From the NCBI GenBank assembly GCA_003344405.1, contig NOWV01000169.1, positions 1-64,000 on the forward strand: a stretch of 64,000 bases of DNA. The letters are read 5' to 3'. The first letter of the stretch is position 1. Each line of letters begins with the position of its first letter. Made by a program: the position numbers and the translations under genes. The notes below the pieces were generated by a model. It was not told where the DNA came from. It searched no databases and saw only the letters and a program-made list of their open reading frames with translations. This stretch comes from Trichoplax sp. H2. Its lineage: Eukaryota. Below, piece by piece: positions 1 through 14,132 of the stretch.

Positions 1-740
1 AGAAGTAACCCTCCTAGTAGGTAGCCAATAGCGGGACCAATTGCTGATAACGTCACCATAATTCCAATATAGACAGAAGAAGCAACAGGATCAACATTTT
101 CGTCTACATAGGCCATACCAACGTTCCACATCAAGTTGTTACCGGTACCGATGATTACTTGCGCAGCGATAAATATGTATAAGTAGTTTCTTGCTGAAGA
201 CGCGATATAGGAATTACAAACTGATGATGTATTAGAAGCGATACTCTTATTTAAACTTTCAAAGCATAAGTTACTGGTAATTTCACTGTTGATAGGGCTA
301 TATTTGCCACTAAAGAAATGCGGTGATACAAATGCAACCGCTCCTAATCCTGCCATTACCGATCCCGTTGCAATAAATTTTCCCTTATGTCTTTGACCAG
401 CATAATAACTAATTACTAGGCCGCAAATCGCTGCGGCTACTTCATATGAGCTAGTAAACAAGCCAGTCTCAGCGCTACGTAATTCATACCGAGTTTCCAG
501 TGATGTAATAACGACACCTCCAAGTCCGGTAGTTTGAATACCGGAAATGAAAATATAAATGCCGATAAAAGCCATTAACCATTTCTGAGAATTGAATAGC
601 TGAATATACTGAGGATGGAAACAACCCCATCCATACCTATATTGATATGTTTGATCATCTATAGAATTTTCTTGAGCACTACAGATTCCATCAGTTCGTA
701 AAGTTGCTATTTCAGACGTTTTAGATGACCTTGCAACCAT
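1..740 (-). CDS. Organic anion transporting polypeptide (OATP/SLCO family), N-terminal part; runs off the window start
   Basis: ATG at 740 (-) with an open frame to base 1: MVARSSKT...YGWGCFHPQYIQLFNSQKWLMAFIGIYIF...VITSLETRYELRSAETGLFTSSYEVAA...LVISYAGQRHKGKFIATG...GMAYVDENVDPVASSVYIGIMVTLSAIGPAIGYLLGG. These match OATP motifs (E-R-Y/F-x-L-x-S, SY-E/D, YxDENV, GPAxGYLLG). Subfamily not assigned. Confidence 0.9.
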   Translation of the reverse strand, partial: MVARSSKTSEIATLRTDGICSAQENSIDDQTYQYRYGWGCFHPQYIQLFNSQKWLMAFIGIYIFISGIQTTGLGGVVITSLETRYELRSAETGLFTSSYEVAAAICGLVISYYAGQRHKGKFIATGSVMAGLGAVAFVSPHFFSGKYSPINSEITSNLCFESLNKSIASNTSSVCNSYIASSARNYLYIFIAAQVIIGTGNNLMWNVGMAYVDENVDPVASSVYIGIMVTLSAIGPAIGYLLGGLL

Positions 741-840
741 TCTTTTATTTTACTTCTTTATAAAATAATAAATTAATTAATTAACTGTAAATCTCCAAGC
801 ACCCTTTCAATGTAAAAAGTAGATTATGCTAAAATGGAAT

Positions 841-1200
841 TATACTGTCTGTACACAGTGTACACTGTACAGTACAGTTGATTAATTAATTATAACTACT
901 GTGTTGATTAAACCTATAATTAATTAGTGCTGATGACAGTGATGCCAGACTCTGATATTATAATGTAGTGTACAGTATACTGTATGCTTTATGAGCAACT
1001 AGAAAAAGCCTGGACTTTTTCTAGTGTCCATGATACTGTACTTTACAGTACTGTACATTCGTATACTGTACTGTACAGTACAGTACAGTACGCTAGCAAA
1101 TTTTACTTTGTACTGTGTGTACTGTAGCGTACGTCAAGAACACCGTGTCACCAAGGATACAGTCCTCAATGTTATCCATCTCTTCTATGTACTGTATAAA
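841..1200. repeat. CAGTA/CTGTA cluster in the SLCO/Apaf-1-like divergent spacer
   Basis: e.g. GTATACTGTACTGTACAGTACAGTACAGTAC at 1061-1091. Confidence 0.9.
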
Positions 1201-1352
1201 CCCTAATCTCAGTATTAATTACAGTTATAGAATACCGTAACAAAATATGAAAACATTGCGCTAATATGCTAGAAAATTTATCTTAATATGCTCAATTACT
1301 GTACATAATCATTAAAAGATTAACTTATTCATACGTGATCGTAAACTGAAAC

Positions 1353-4300
1353 ATGGATAATTTCGAGAAACAAGCAATAGAAGACTACAAGGAACGAATA
1401 TGCCAATCAGTTCCGATTGAATTCATCCAGAACGCGCTAAGTGGCATGAATATTAGTGATAATCACGATCTGTACGCTCTAAACAACACCGCAATTAGCA
1501 CTGATAAAAATGAAACAAAATTAAATGAAATTCTTCAGGCACAAGATAAAAATACCTTTAAACGCGTTGTAGCCATTTTAAGAGAAATAAATCAACTGAA
1601 TATTCAAAAATTAGCAAATGAATTAGAAGAACACTGTCAGTCTTTACGAACTGGTAAACTGGAAGACGCAGGCATACAACAAAAAAAGAAATTTTCAGCG
1701 TTTGGCTTTTTAGGTGAAGGTACAGTGAGAGCTCTTGATAGGAAATCCTAGTTATCCTTCTCGTGCAACCACTACCGTATATATACCAGTAGTATCCCTG
1801 TTAGATACTATGTAGAATCAAAATTATATTGATACAACATAAAAAATCAGATTTTGTTATTCAAAGTTTAAGATGAATATGAACTACAGTATACAAACCA
1901 TTTAACCATAGCATAATTAAATTCGATTTCTCATCTTCTCTGCATTGTCCGGAATTAACAAGAGAAATAAAATATTACTTTCTTCATATTTTTAGTCTAC
2001 GACATTTTACTATACTAACGGATAGATCATTAGAATAACCATATTATAATAACTACGTTGAACGAGTGAAGTTCGTCGGCGAAAATGTACCCAAGCCAAG
2101 TATATTTAATACTCATTTAACTTTTTTTATTTTTCCTTAGCTCGTAAATTATATATAACATTCCTCATTTTTATTTTTATTTAAAGTATGGTAGAATAAG
2201 CATTACTTACCGCTAATTACACTCCATTCGCAGCAGGGATGTATCTATACAACTCCATATGCTTTGCGCGCTAATAATTTATAAAAAGAATCGATACGTA
2301 ACTGTAAATTAATGTATACTGTATACTGGAGTACTACTTTGCAGTTAATTGTCACTAAAAACTGTTTAATCCCAACAACAAACTTCTTTTGCTAAATTTT
2401 AGTTAGGACTGCATTACAGCAGTTTTTATTCTCCTACTCTTATCAACTACTATTAAGTCACTTTCACTCAATCACTATCATGAACGCACCTCCGCCTACT
2501 TCAGTATAAAATGAATACCAACAAATAAGAAATTCATAATCAATTTCTATAGCATTTAAAAAACATTTATTTCAAGTAAATACTGAAAATGATTAATCTA
2601 TTCTATTTGGTACCTTGGAAAGTATACTTGTAGTATCGTTATAAAATCAAAGGTTTTGTAAGTTACTTCTTTTAATTACATGAGATCTTACAATATGCAG
2701 CTTACAACATTGACCACCTGTTGAATAGAAACAAACAACTAAAGGCAAACCCTATACTAAGGATAATGGTATATGTCCTTTGCAGATTAATGTTAGAAAT
2801 GAGTCAGTACGTGGATTCTTCGATTAAAAATTACTTAATAAATTGCAATCGCTATACTAATATGTTATTATTGCTATAGTTTTAAGATTATTTAGATAAT
2901 TATGATAATGCTCATTTATTACAGGATTTATGCGTAAAAATATGTATGCTTTTGTTATGTATCTATGTTATCATCTTAGGATAATTACTCCGAGAGTAGC
3001 TAGTAAAAATCGATCATTTTATTCATTAAGCTGTGCTTATATACTTCCACTAATGGCACAATATTCTATCATGATACGCGAACTTTACTAGCTAAATTTA
3101 GGGCTATGATGTGGGCTATGCTCTCTCACATTAGTTAAATCTTACGCAACCATATTAAGAGTTACAGACGATTAATATTAAATCTTACATACTCATCTAA
3201 CTTACTTTATAATTGTAATTACTTATTCTTTACAATACTGTACATATATCAGCCTTCAATTGTGGACTTTTTAATTTTATTCCAGAATCACATAAGATAC
3301 CTGTGATTGGACAAGTACCAGTGCTACCTGATAATATAGTAGCTCGAGAAAAAATAAGCAAAAAATTAAGCGGTTTACTTCAAATAGCTCTTAAAAATAG
3401 AAAGTGCGTTGTTGTCCATGGTGAAGCTGGTTGTGGAAAGACTACTGCAGCTTATTTGACTCTATTTGTAAACGATCTCAGTTTGGCTAACAAATTGCAT
3501 AAAGGAGGTGTCATCTGGATAAAGCTAAGTAAGTAATAAACTATTGGTAAGCTGGTAAACATTACGACAGTATAATAGCTGAGATAATTACGTCACTACT
3601 TACTAGGTGATTTGATGCAATTGCAGCCCCTTCGCTAAGTTGAAGCTCTAGACAGAAGTATATTAGTATATAACTGCATAATAGACAAGGAGATAATGAT
3701 TTGTTAATCTACTAGCTAAGATCATGTTTCTACTATATATTGTGAAATCTAACAGAATAACTTTGTGAGATAGAAGCCACTTATTTAAATTACAACTGTA
3801 AGATGCTTATGAAATGTAATAGAAAACTTTAGAGAAATGAAGACCCCTAAAACTGAGATTATTACGCAATGCAGGGTTTGCTATTAGTAAAAACACGGTT
3901 CGTTTAACAACTTTAAGTATTCACGAGTTTAAAAATCATAGCTTCCTAAGTTTGTCCAATATACCCCATCTAGAATGATTTTTTATGGGCAAATACTATT
4001 ATCTTAATTCTAGATCAATTATTATTAGTAAATATCAGGACTTTTTCATTGCTACTACCACTTCATATCGATAGCTAGGCTAAATTAATTAACTTAAATA
4101 ACGTAAATTTGCCTATAAAATTCAATAATTGTAACAAGAAAATCACTAATATAATTGGTTTTCACATTAAGGGCTAAATTCACTCAAATAATACCTAGTA
4201 GATTGCTTTTTCTAGTCAGAAAGGATCAAAATTAAATGAAAGTATAGTACATCATTACAGTCCGAAAATCGACATTATTTTTATAAGTATAAGGTTTTGT

Positions 4301-7300
4301 AGCTTGGTATTACGCATTCTAAACGCCTTTTAAAATTCGTACGACCAATACCTGTTTTTCGAAATAATATAAAATCCAGCTCACTGTGAGAATGATTATT
4401 GCTTAATCTTAACTTGTACCTGCTATTTATGAAAGATTATAATGTTTTAATTGTCTCCATTCATTGTAGGTAATTCAAATTCTGCAGAAATCTTGCTTCA
4501 AATGCAACACCTACTCACCTCGATTTCAAATGATGAATCTCGTCTTCCGTCAACTATAGAGGAATGTAAAAATCAAATATCTTGCATCATCGGTAAAATT
4601 TTACTAGTACGGTCGATATTTTATTACGACTTTAATTTATCTTGATGATGCATAATAATTTAATACAACAGTTTTATTACTTCTTTGAAATGAATAATTT
4701 TAAAAAATTGTTATTTACCGTCTATGACTTTCCTCTTGAACGAATAAGCAGCTGAGCGATACAATGGCATCCTCTTGGTTTTAGATGACGTACTAGACAA
4801 AAATTTCATTAAATGCTTCGACTTCCATTGCGCAACGCTGGTTACTTCACGTCAGCCTGATATTGCTGATAATACTTACGAATCACCTAATTTGTTCGAA
4901 GTTGAGGTATTACAATATAAACTTATATTAGCTGATGGATCGGTCATCAAACCAGTAAACTTCTTTCCTAAGTTACAGATTAATGATGTGCTTACGGTAT
5001 CACATAGTATACGTCTTGTTGCATGTTATGTATCCAGCTGAGGACAGTTTCTAAAAATATAAAATTAGGCCTACAGAAATCTCTACTTTATTCAGTGCTA
5101 GCTTCTTACATACTGTATCCGATATCTCACTATTGTTATGTAATTGGCATACAAGTTACAGTTACTTTGCTATCGCTCACATCGTATACTGCTTCATGTG
5201 CGTTATAATTTCTCCAAATAATATCTTATCTTTAACACTATCCTTACTGTCTTCCTACACATAACATTGCACGTCGTTCATCTACAGTAGTTGTATTTAT
5301 CGAATTAGGAGTTCTGAACAGACTAGCTGAGAACATTTTTATATTTATTTGCGTAGATAAGAGTCTACAATCATATTGGTATGATAGTTTGTCAGTCTCA
5401 TTGATTTCACGATAATTGATTTGATTTTAATACAATTAGTGTACTCCTAAAAACAGTTTAAAAATATTAAGTATCTAAGTACTTAATTATATTACGTAAA
5501 CATGTAGCCTAACTTTATGCCACCCATATACCAGCACAGTAACTAAACGAATTGTCGTAGCTGAGAAGCAATAATTTATAAATATTTATTGTTATACTGT
5601 ATTATTTCATAGTTTTTCGCTACTAACAGATCTTATAGGATAAATTAATTAGATCGAGAAAACTAGAATCCTTATTTACTTAGTAACAAACATCTATTAG
5701 CTCTGTAACTCGGTAAATGAAACCCATTGGTACGTAAGTACCAGCTTAATAACCTTTTGCGTCGTGATACGATTAAGGTGTAATGTAACGAATCGAAAAT
5801 TGCATGCTGTAAATACTCTAATTGCAAACCGAAGTTTTAACATTTCTGCTTCAGTAATCACATCTCATAACCGCGAAATACTTTCACATACGGACTAACA
5901 ATCATCTGTCACATGATAGTAATACCAGAAGTTCCAAAACTTAAGTATCTGTCAGACCATTACATAATCCTGTATCTTACTATTATAGCCTTTCCAGATA
6001 AATGAACTAAAGGAAATCATTCTTTACGATTTGGAATCTGTCTCGGAAAAAGAAAACTGCATCACAACTAAAATGGCTCGTATATTGGAATATTATCATA
6101 ATCTACCAATCTGTTTAAATTCTCTCCGTATTTTAAACCTAACCAATTCTCAAGAGGTTAATCGTCATCTGCTTGCGTTAGGATCGAAAATAGATCGCGC
6201 AATGGGTCATAACAAAACTCTTCAAACAACTTTAGATTTTATTATTCGATCGTTAGACGAAACCAAAAGATCCCATTATCAATTGTTAGTTGTATTTGCA
6301 AATAGCGACAAAGTTCCGATTACAGCAGTGTCATTATTGTGGTCTTTAGATATTAAAGTCATAAAGAAAATGTTCGAAAATTTAGTCCATGGTGGTTTAA
6401 TGATTAAGATAATCGATACAATAAGGTAAGGTATAGCGAGTTAGTGTTATGAACTAAACTATCTGACATAGTTAGTATTGCAGTATAAATTGAATTTTAC
6501 AACAGAACAATTAGAATAACTTCATTACACAGGAGAATAACAATTTTTTATGTATGCGGTTACGCTGAATCTAGTCAATCTACTATCATTAATTCTTAGA
6601 TACTTAGCAAAATAGGCCAATGTTTCAGGGCAAGAAGAAAGTTTGCTTATTGACTCAATCTCCACTCAAACAAAAGATAACTAGGAAAATCGCGGGATCA
6701 TGCTAATGAGCAAACATTTCTTCTCACCCTGAAGCATTGGCCAATAAAATGTCATCAATCTTGACTGCTATCAGTTTCACTAATTCTAAGATATATTATT
6801 CTTGATTACAACAACATCCTTATTTTTAGTGGCAATAGATATTATCGACTTCATTCTGTATTCTGTCATTATTTATTGGAAAAGTACCCCCATGCAGTTG
6901 GATTTCATCGTAAATTAATATCTCATTACAAAGAAAATTGTCGCGATGCTTTATATCAATTGGCAGATGATGGTTACATATATAATCATATTATTGTTCA
7001 CTTACTCGCTGCTCGCGAAGTTAAAACTATTAAAATGTTATTAACTGATCCAAAATGGTTGCAATCTAAACTAAATATGACCTCCATTACGCATGTCCTA
7101 AATGACTACATCAAATGTCGCCAAATACTGAATGATCAGGTATGTTATATTATATTCTGATAATAGTGGTTATAATTGTACTTACCGTCTGCTAACTATA
7201 CCTTCAATATTATATATAATAGCTTTTATTAACTCGTATTCACATTTAGTATTACTGCACATTTTGATTTGATTTAGGAATGGCAAGAAGTGAGTCATTT

Positions 7301-10300
7301 TTATCGATTTTTATCTGCCAATATGAACATATTACTTCGTACAGACCGGCCAACTTTGGCTCAGTTATCCCTGAGTAAAACAGAGTGGCAAGTATTTTCT
7401 AAAAAGGCTAGAGATTTAATAAACAAAAATGATACATCGACAATCTATGTTGAATGGATGTAAGTATGATTAATACCCATCTATGATCCTAGTCAAGTAT
7501 TTAATTTTTTAGCTAATTATTCTAGTTTGTATATTGAAAATATAGTAATGCTTAAATCGTATCATCGCTGAATATATTACAGGAATAAAGAGGCAATAAC
7601 TAATAGTGATGATTCAATCACTACTGCTTATCTACATGAAGGTGCAGTAAGCGACTGCCGCTATTCCTGTGATGGTAGAAGGATTGTTACATCTTCATGG
7701 GATGGTATTATTAAAGTATGTAGTTAACAATTAAATTAATACATGATTTGCATTGTATGAGAAAAAGTATCACACTTCAATAGTACGCCGTAATGTATAA
7801 AGCGCACGTAACATATTGATTTACGCTATTATGATACTTTACTTAAATATTAATAACAAGGTTTGGGATCCAATCTCTACGGCTGTGTTTGTACAATTTC
7901 ATGGTGTACATAAAATATCTTGCTGTTGTTTCTCACCTAATCGAAGATATGTTGTAACTGCCTCGTGGACAGGAACTGCACAGGTAAACATATTCTACTG
8001 ATAACTGTGAATAATGGAAGTGGATGAGACGCTACATTCTTATTGGTGTTATAGTCATAACTATTAACAAATTTTTAGGGCTCATTAGATCGTGCTAAGC
8101 TGTTCACTTTAGTTAATTAATTAACTGTTGAGTATGCTGTAAAATTCCCCAAGACAGCTGAAGTTTCGCATTATTCGCACTGTCTAGTTCAAGATAATAC
8201 TCCTATTACTAATACGTGCGCTATGGCACTGTTTAATAACTGTTATTGTGCGTTTATCCATGTATTTCTAGACTAATACATCTGATTTTACGGCTTATCC
8301 TGTTCCATTGTAATTACTTATTTCAGAACTTGCTTGAGACACAAACGAAAATGTTAAAACTGCATCCGCTAACAATTTTTTACTTAAGTATCTAGACTTA
8401 GTAATTTATAAAATATGATGTTTACGTATAGGTCTGGGATATTGAGATGGAGAGATTACACCTCGAGTATTCTAACCACTCCGATAGAATATATTGGTGT
8501 GATTTTTCACCAGATGGTCAATACATTGCGTCTTGTTCCAAAGATAAAACGATTAGGGTAGGAATTTTTAACCGTATAACATAGGTATACCATGAGTGTC
8601 CAAAAATCTTTTAGATGTAAAAATAGAGGCGTTAAGATTAGGTAACTAGTAACTGTATCCGTATTTTTATTTTAATTTATAAGCTAATATTTAATAATAG
8701 TAATTGACCTAAAACTATTATTCAAAAAAGATATGTGATTTTATCCGCTATTGATAACTCAATATTTGTTCAAAAGATTTGGGATTGTATGAATGGAATA
8801 GATATTATCACCTGCCGAGGACACAAAGACGGCGTTCTTCAATGCCGTTTTAATTACAGTGGCGATAAATTAGTATCATGTTCCTCTGATTCCACCATTA
8901 AGGTCTCGATAAATTTACTGCATAAACATTGTCTATCAAGTAATTTGAGATTTGATCCTGTAATGTAATGTCATGATTTGATTTATAGCCTGATATCGTT
9001 CAGTCTATCTTAATCACACACCTTATTGAATGACCACTACAGATTTGGAAAATTCCAGTGGCTAAAGTAATCCTGGATTGTGTATGTCATCGTCAGGATT
9101 CAAACTATAGGATAACATCATGCGCATTTTTTAATGATGACCAGGCGATCTTATGCACTTATCGCCAATTTGTCCACACTTGGAGTTGCGCAACTGGTGA
9201 ACCATTATTTCAGTTGAAATGTTTTGGTCCGATAACTGCATCAGCTCTCTCTTGTAATAGTAAATACTTAGCTGTCAGCGTTAGGGGCAGCAATGCTGTA
9301 CAGGTACTTGTTAATACTGATATTTTGGGGTTAATTCTCGTATTTAATATTATAATTATATCTTCTTACGTACCACAAACCACCACTTAAATTAATTGTA
9401 ACTTATGAATGTGTTCTTTGTAATAGTACGTTATATTGTTGTAACGAAACTTACTATTGTGATTGTAGACTTTTAGCTGTGTTAGTGAGACTAGTACAAA
9501 CTCACGTCGCTTTGCTGACGGTTTACGATAATGTACCCATTTGTTAATAATTAACAGATAGTATTACCATTTGACATTATATATATCCCGGTAATAGCCA
9601 GGCACTACTACATTCACAGCTATGCTTGTAGAATACTACTTTTCAATAATGCATTCACGGATGAAATGCTATGAAATGTTATATTAAGATTAGTTAATGG
9701 TCCAAAGCACATAATTATAACTAATGTACGGCGATGGACATTCCAAGTTAAGATTAGCAGGTACTGTAAGATATCTACAGTGCGGTACAATGTCCTTAGT
9801 CAATAGTTGTATTCGGCTAGAGTAGAGCTGTGTGTAGCTAGTCTTTGTATTAGATCTAATAAAGTTCTAATTTTCTACAACTTTGGAATTTTCGTGATTG
9901 GATTTTATCACAATTGATTATGATATAACTTATAGTCTCAGATTGTACTACAATCAATGAATCTATTCTTTCTTTGTGTAGGTTTGGAATCTAAGCAATC
10001 AGAAACAAGTTGCTTTCTATCGTGGGCATACTGACTATACGCAAGCCGTCCACTTTGCCCCTAATGGCAAGACAATTATATCAGCATCGGACGATAAGAC
10101 CGTCAAGTTTTGGAGTTGCCAAATTGACTTAAAGAATACGGTCCATGTTCGATCTAAAAGGATGCAATTTAAGCCAACACCATTTGAATGTAGATTTGTT
10201 GATAATATCATGCACGCTTATTGCATTACAGAAAGCAATGGCTACCAATTAAAGGTAAATTTATCAATATTACACTGAGTCTGATACAAAATGATAAAAG

Positions 10301-13300
10301 CACCCATAAATTGATACTAATACTTGATAATAATGTATATTCTCTTCAATCCGTTGTCAAAATTTTACGCCAAAACTTCAGTTTATATTGCTAATAGATG
10401 TAAATTAAGGTGGCCTTTCATGTGCACTTACACTATATAGTAGTATGTATATGCATCAGTACCTGAAATCATGTCGCAAGATGGAAATAAAGACTTGCAC
10501 TATATAATCCACCGGATAAAATCTTTGCCATATTCTACAGAAGAAATTAGATTTAATGTTGCAAAACTTGAAGGATTAGACTCTAATTGCATTATAACTG
10601 TAGATTCAAGTGATGCTCTTTCTTAAACCTTACGTCTATTTATAACTCAGTTTCAGATATTGCAATATTATACTGTACTATTGACTCCTAAAAATACTTT
10701 AAACCACTGCATTTATGACAGTGTCACAAGAGCCACTAGAATGGCTCTCCTAAAATTTTAGGCTTTTTTACAGACTAGTGATCACTTGCTCCTGGTATTT
10801 CTATACAAAAAAACGTTATATTCGTCTGCTTAGTAAATCTAGAATTAAAGACTTTAACTTAAAAAAACATCAATAGTAGCATACATATATTTCACCGACA
10901 TATAGCATTAGCTGATTGTGGTACAACTTGCATTGAGCAAGAAGCTGACATAGTCTTCTAATACCTTCTCTTGCAGCATTTTATTGGATCTGATTCTAAA
11001 TTAGCTTCAAAGTGTGAGAAATTCTCTGAATTAATATGGAAATGTTGCTTATCTCAAGATGGATATAATATAGCCGTTGGATTGTATAATGGAGAAATTA
11101 AAGTAATACATATTTACTACTTTTTGCAGATTTTCATTTATTAATATAAATCATATATATAATCACGAGAAACCTACGAGCGCATATAGATGGAATATCG
11201 TAAGAAATAGTAAGCGTGTAGACTAATGTTAAATATTTATTTGTTTTTATAATTTACTATTTATAGTTACTATCTGCAAGCAATCAGCAAGTCATTTGGT
11301 CAGAGAAACCAAGCAATGAATCGGTGGTTTCGTTTTTATTTACTGACAGAGGGAACAAATTACTGGTGGTATACGAGACAGAAATATACGTATGTCGGTT
11401 AAATATGAGTGAAATGTGAATAAACTTAACTAATAAAGTATTAACTAGCAATTACCCGCTGCTAACATTCAACCTTACAGTTAACCTTATCTTAAAACAT
11501 TTTACTACACCTTATCAAGATCTCTGGCGCGTGATTTTGTCAAATACCAGTATAGAATCAAATATCTCTATGAGCTTCTATTATACCAACAAATGGCCTT
11601 ATGAAGTAGAATGCCATCAAGTTAGCATCATTAGTCTTTGTTATATTACGGTAGTTCTTCATTATTTATCAGCTATACAGTCGAACCTAGATTCTCATAG
11701 TTCATTTGAGAAGGAAATTATTTGTAATCCGTCAGTAATCGGCTGGTACACTGACCAATACGATAAAAAATTAAACTCTATGCAGTATAACGTAACAATC
11801 TTTCATATACAGTCTAAACACTGTTCCTCACTTATTTCCGTTCTTATATATGATCATTGTATCATGGGAGTATTTGATTAAACGTGCATTTAGAAAATGA
11901 CCATTGACCAGACTGTACATTTATCTATCTATCATCGTTTTATAATTTTTCTGTTAATTTTCATTGACATGATGACTATCCTTTAGATTTTAAGCAGAAG
12001 AAACGGATACCTATTAGGTAAAATTTCCAAGTTATGCTCTGTAATAAAACGCTGTCTGCCAGTAAATGATAAGCTGCATAAAGTTATTTTGGCATTTAAG
12101 AATGGAAAATTACAGGTAAACCAGCTTATATCGAATTAAAATGTAAAACAGGCAATTGCATAACCACTGTACTTACAAGATTAAGTACAAAAGTTTAAGA
12201 TTCGCAAATTATATCAACCGATTTAAATAGACGTTATACTGTAATAAATTCTAAATACTGTTTTACTGTAGTGTCACTCTACCAGGCTGTATATAATCTT
12301 TTGTAACCCTCTGGATTTCACTATTGAAATACTTGTGTTCCGTAGGAAATATCTCCTTGTCTTGCAATCTCAGCTAACCGTATTTATTATATTTTTACTT
12401 AGAAGTAGTTTCTAGGAAATTAACTATATTAAAGTACTGAATTTGCAATTATCGTGTAAAGAGTTTGTATACAAAGAGATTATTTATAATCTTTATATGC
12501 ATATACAGTACGGCGCAACATGTCACCGAATAAAAGCCATGAAAAGAATTAATATAGTGTTTATATGTTGGTAATCATTAGCAAATAATTTATTTTTTTT
12601 GTGTTTATATGGATGTTTAATGTAGATGATCCAGTTTACTAATAATCAAGTGCTTTTGGAAAAGAAAGCACATAAGAACGGCATAGAAATTTGTGAAATA
12701 TCACCAATAAGATCATTCATTATTACTTCAGCCGCAAACGGAGTAGCGAAAGTAAGTGTGACTGCTGGAAAGTTCAATATGTATAATAGATTATAAATTA
12801 TTATTGACGACAAATTTTTACAAATAATACATATGATAAGAGTGCTGTACTTTAAGAATTTAAAGTTAACAACTATATGGTGTAGTTCCTGTTTTGTATG
12901 ACCACAACTTTATTGTGCTAGTAAAACGTCAAAGTGCTATGCAACTCATCGCTGCTTAAAGAATACTCATCTTATATATGCTTACGCTATCTTTAAATGT
13001 ATATTGATCTGCATAATGCTAAATTAGTTATACCATGACTATACACAATTACACAATAATTACGCAAGTGTAGATTTTAATAATGCTATTCACTCTACTT
13101 CCTATTTCTATTGAATACAAATGATTTATAGCGCCACGAAGAGGCTTATGAGTTACTCTGCCTGCTTACATGGTTCAGCAGGGAAGCTAGAATTTAACTC
13201 AAATTAAGCACTTTGAACCATAGTTGAGTGCTTCTAACTATCCTGCAAATGATAATCATTAAATGGATTATTACGTACATTAGTGAATTTAGTTTCTCTA

Positions 13301-14132
13301 TTAGAAAATTTAAATGCTTACACCATGGCATAATATATATCTCGGCAATGGGATTAGCTATCTATTCATAAAGTAACGAATAAATTGAAAATTTGCTGTC
13401 TATAATGCTTTTGTCACTACAACGTCATTTCTGCTTGATAGCGTCAGCGTAAATATGTTAATATATTATACGTTCGTTTATATAGGGACTTGCTTCATCT
13501 CAGAATTATCGTATCTTTGATACTAATTTTTATAATCTTACATTCTTGATCTAGCTTTGGAAGTCTATTTCCTTAACTAACATTCATAATCTACGTCATA
13601 ATTGTAAAATTACTTGTTGTTCCTTCGCTAATTTCGCTGACCAAGTGGCAATAGGATGTGAAGATGGAACTATAAATGTAAAAATCTTTCCTTGTAACAT
13701 AAATATTACTTTTATGCATCTTCTAATATACAGCACAATTAATCAATCATTACTGATTTATTACAATTTAGGCTAACGTTAGATTTATTTAAAATGTTTT
13801 AGATATGGAACATACTTGATGGTTGCCAGATACTTAAATTTAATTCTCAATATACTGCTATTCTTAGCTGTCATTTTTCGCCTGATGATCTCATAATTGT
13901 AAGCACTGGCGATTCAGTTATTTGGTGGAACGCAATTGACGGTATCATAATACAGAATTTTCCTCTTTATGGAAAATCTTATGATATTAAGTTTTCATCG
14001 GATTTCTTACAATTTTTTACAACCGATACACGCGGCTATATGTATGCACTAGCTCCAACACAATCATTTAGCAACTTTGTTAGAAAGCCCAATTCTCATT
14101 TACAGCAATCCAAAATGTGCTCTGTATTGTAA
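1353..14132 (+). CDS. APAF1: Apaf-1-like protein (CARD, NB-ARC, helical domain, WD40 repeats), about 19 exons
   Basis: In-phase GT-AG exons, approximately 1353-1719, 3286-3528, 4470-4592, 4749/4752-4906, 5989-6425, 6830-7139, 7278-7459, 7583-7715, 7861-7983, 8432-8557, 8777-8902, 9043-9303, 9982-10254, 10977-11102, 11267-11389, 11987-12115, 12626-12751, 13555-13677, 13803-14132. N-terminal CARD-like helical segment, Walker A GEAGCGKT (3420), Walker B LLVLDDV, sensor LVTSR, the Apaf-1-typical DDGYIYNHIIVHL...LTDPKWLQSKL, then many WD40 repeats (e.g. CDFSPDGQYIASCSKDKTIR). Could be a paralogue rather than the 1:1 orthologue. Confidence 0.88.
9491..9613 (-). mobile_element. Helitron-like element, 3' part, within an Apaf-1-like intron
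   Basis: The reverse complement matches about 40250-40372, including the hairpin and CTAG|T. Confidence 0.75.

Noticed and set aside
1-740. Intronless SLCO segment as a retrocopy
   Set aside because: Only the 5' part is visible, and large first coding exons occur in SLCO genes.
11676-11690. TACAGTCGAACCT resembling a pogo/Tigger-type terminus
   Set aside because: No convincing inverted partner found, so no intact CAG-ended element can be claimed in this window.
11531-11881. 116-aa ORF in an Apaf-1-like intron (also 14145-14447 downstream)
   Set aside because: Non-ATG starts and no recognisable motif. The flanking exons splice in frame without it.
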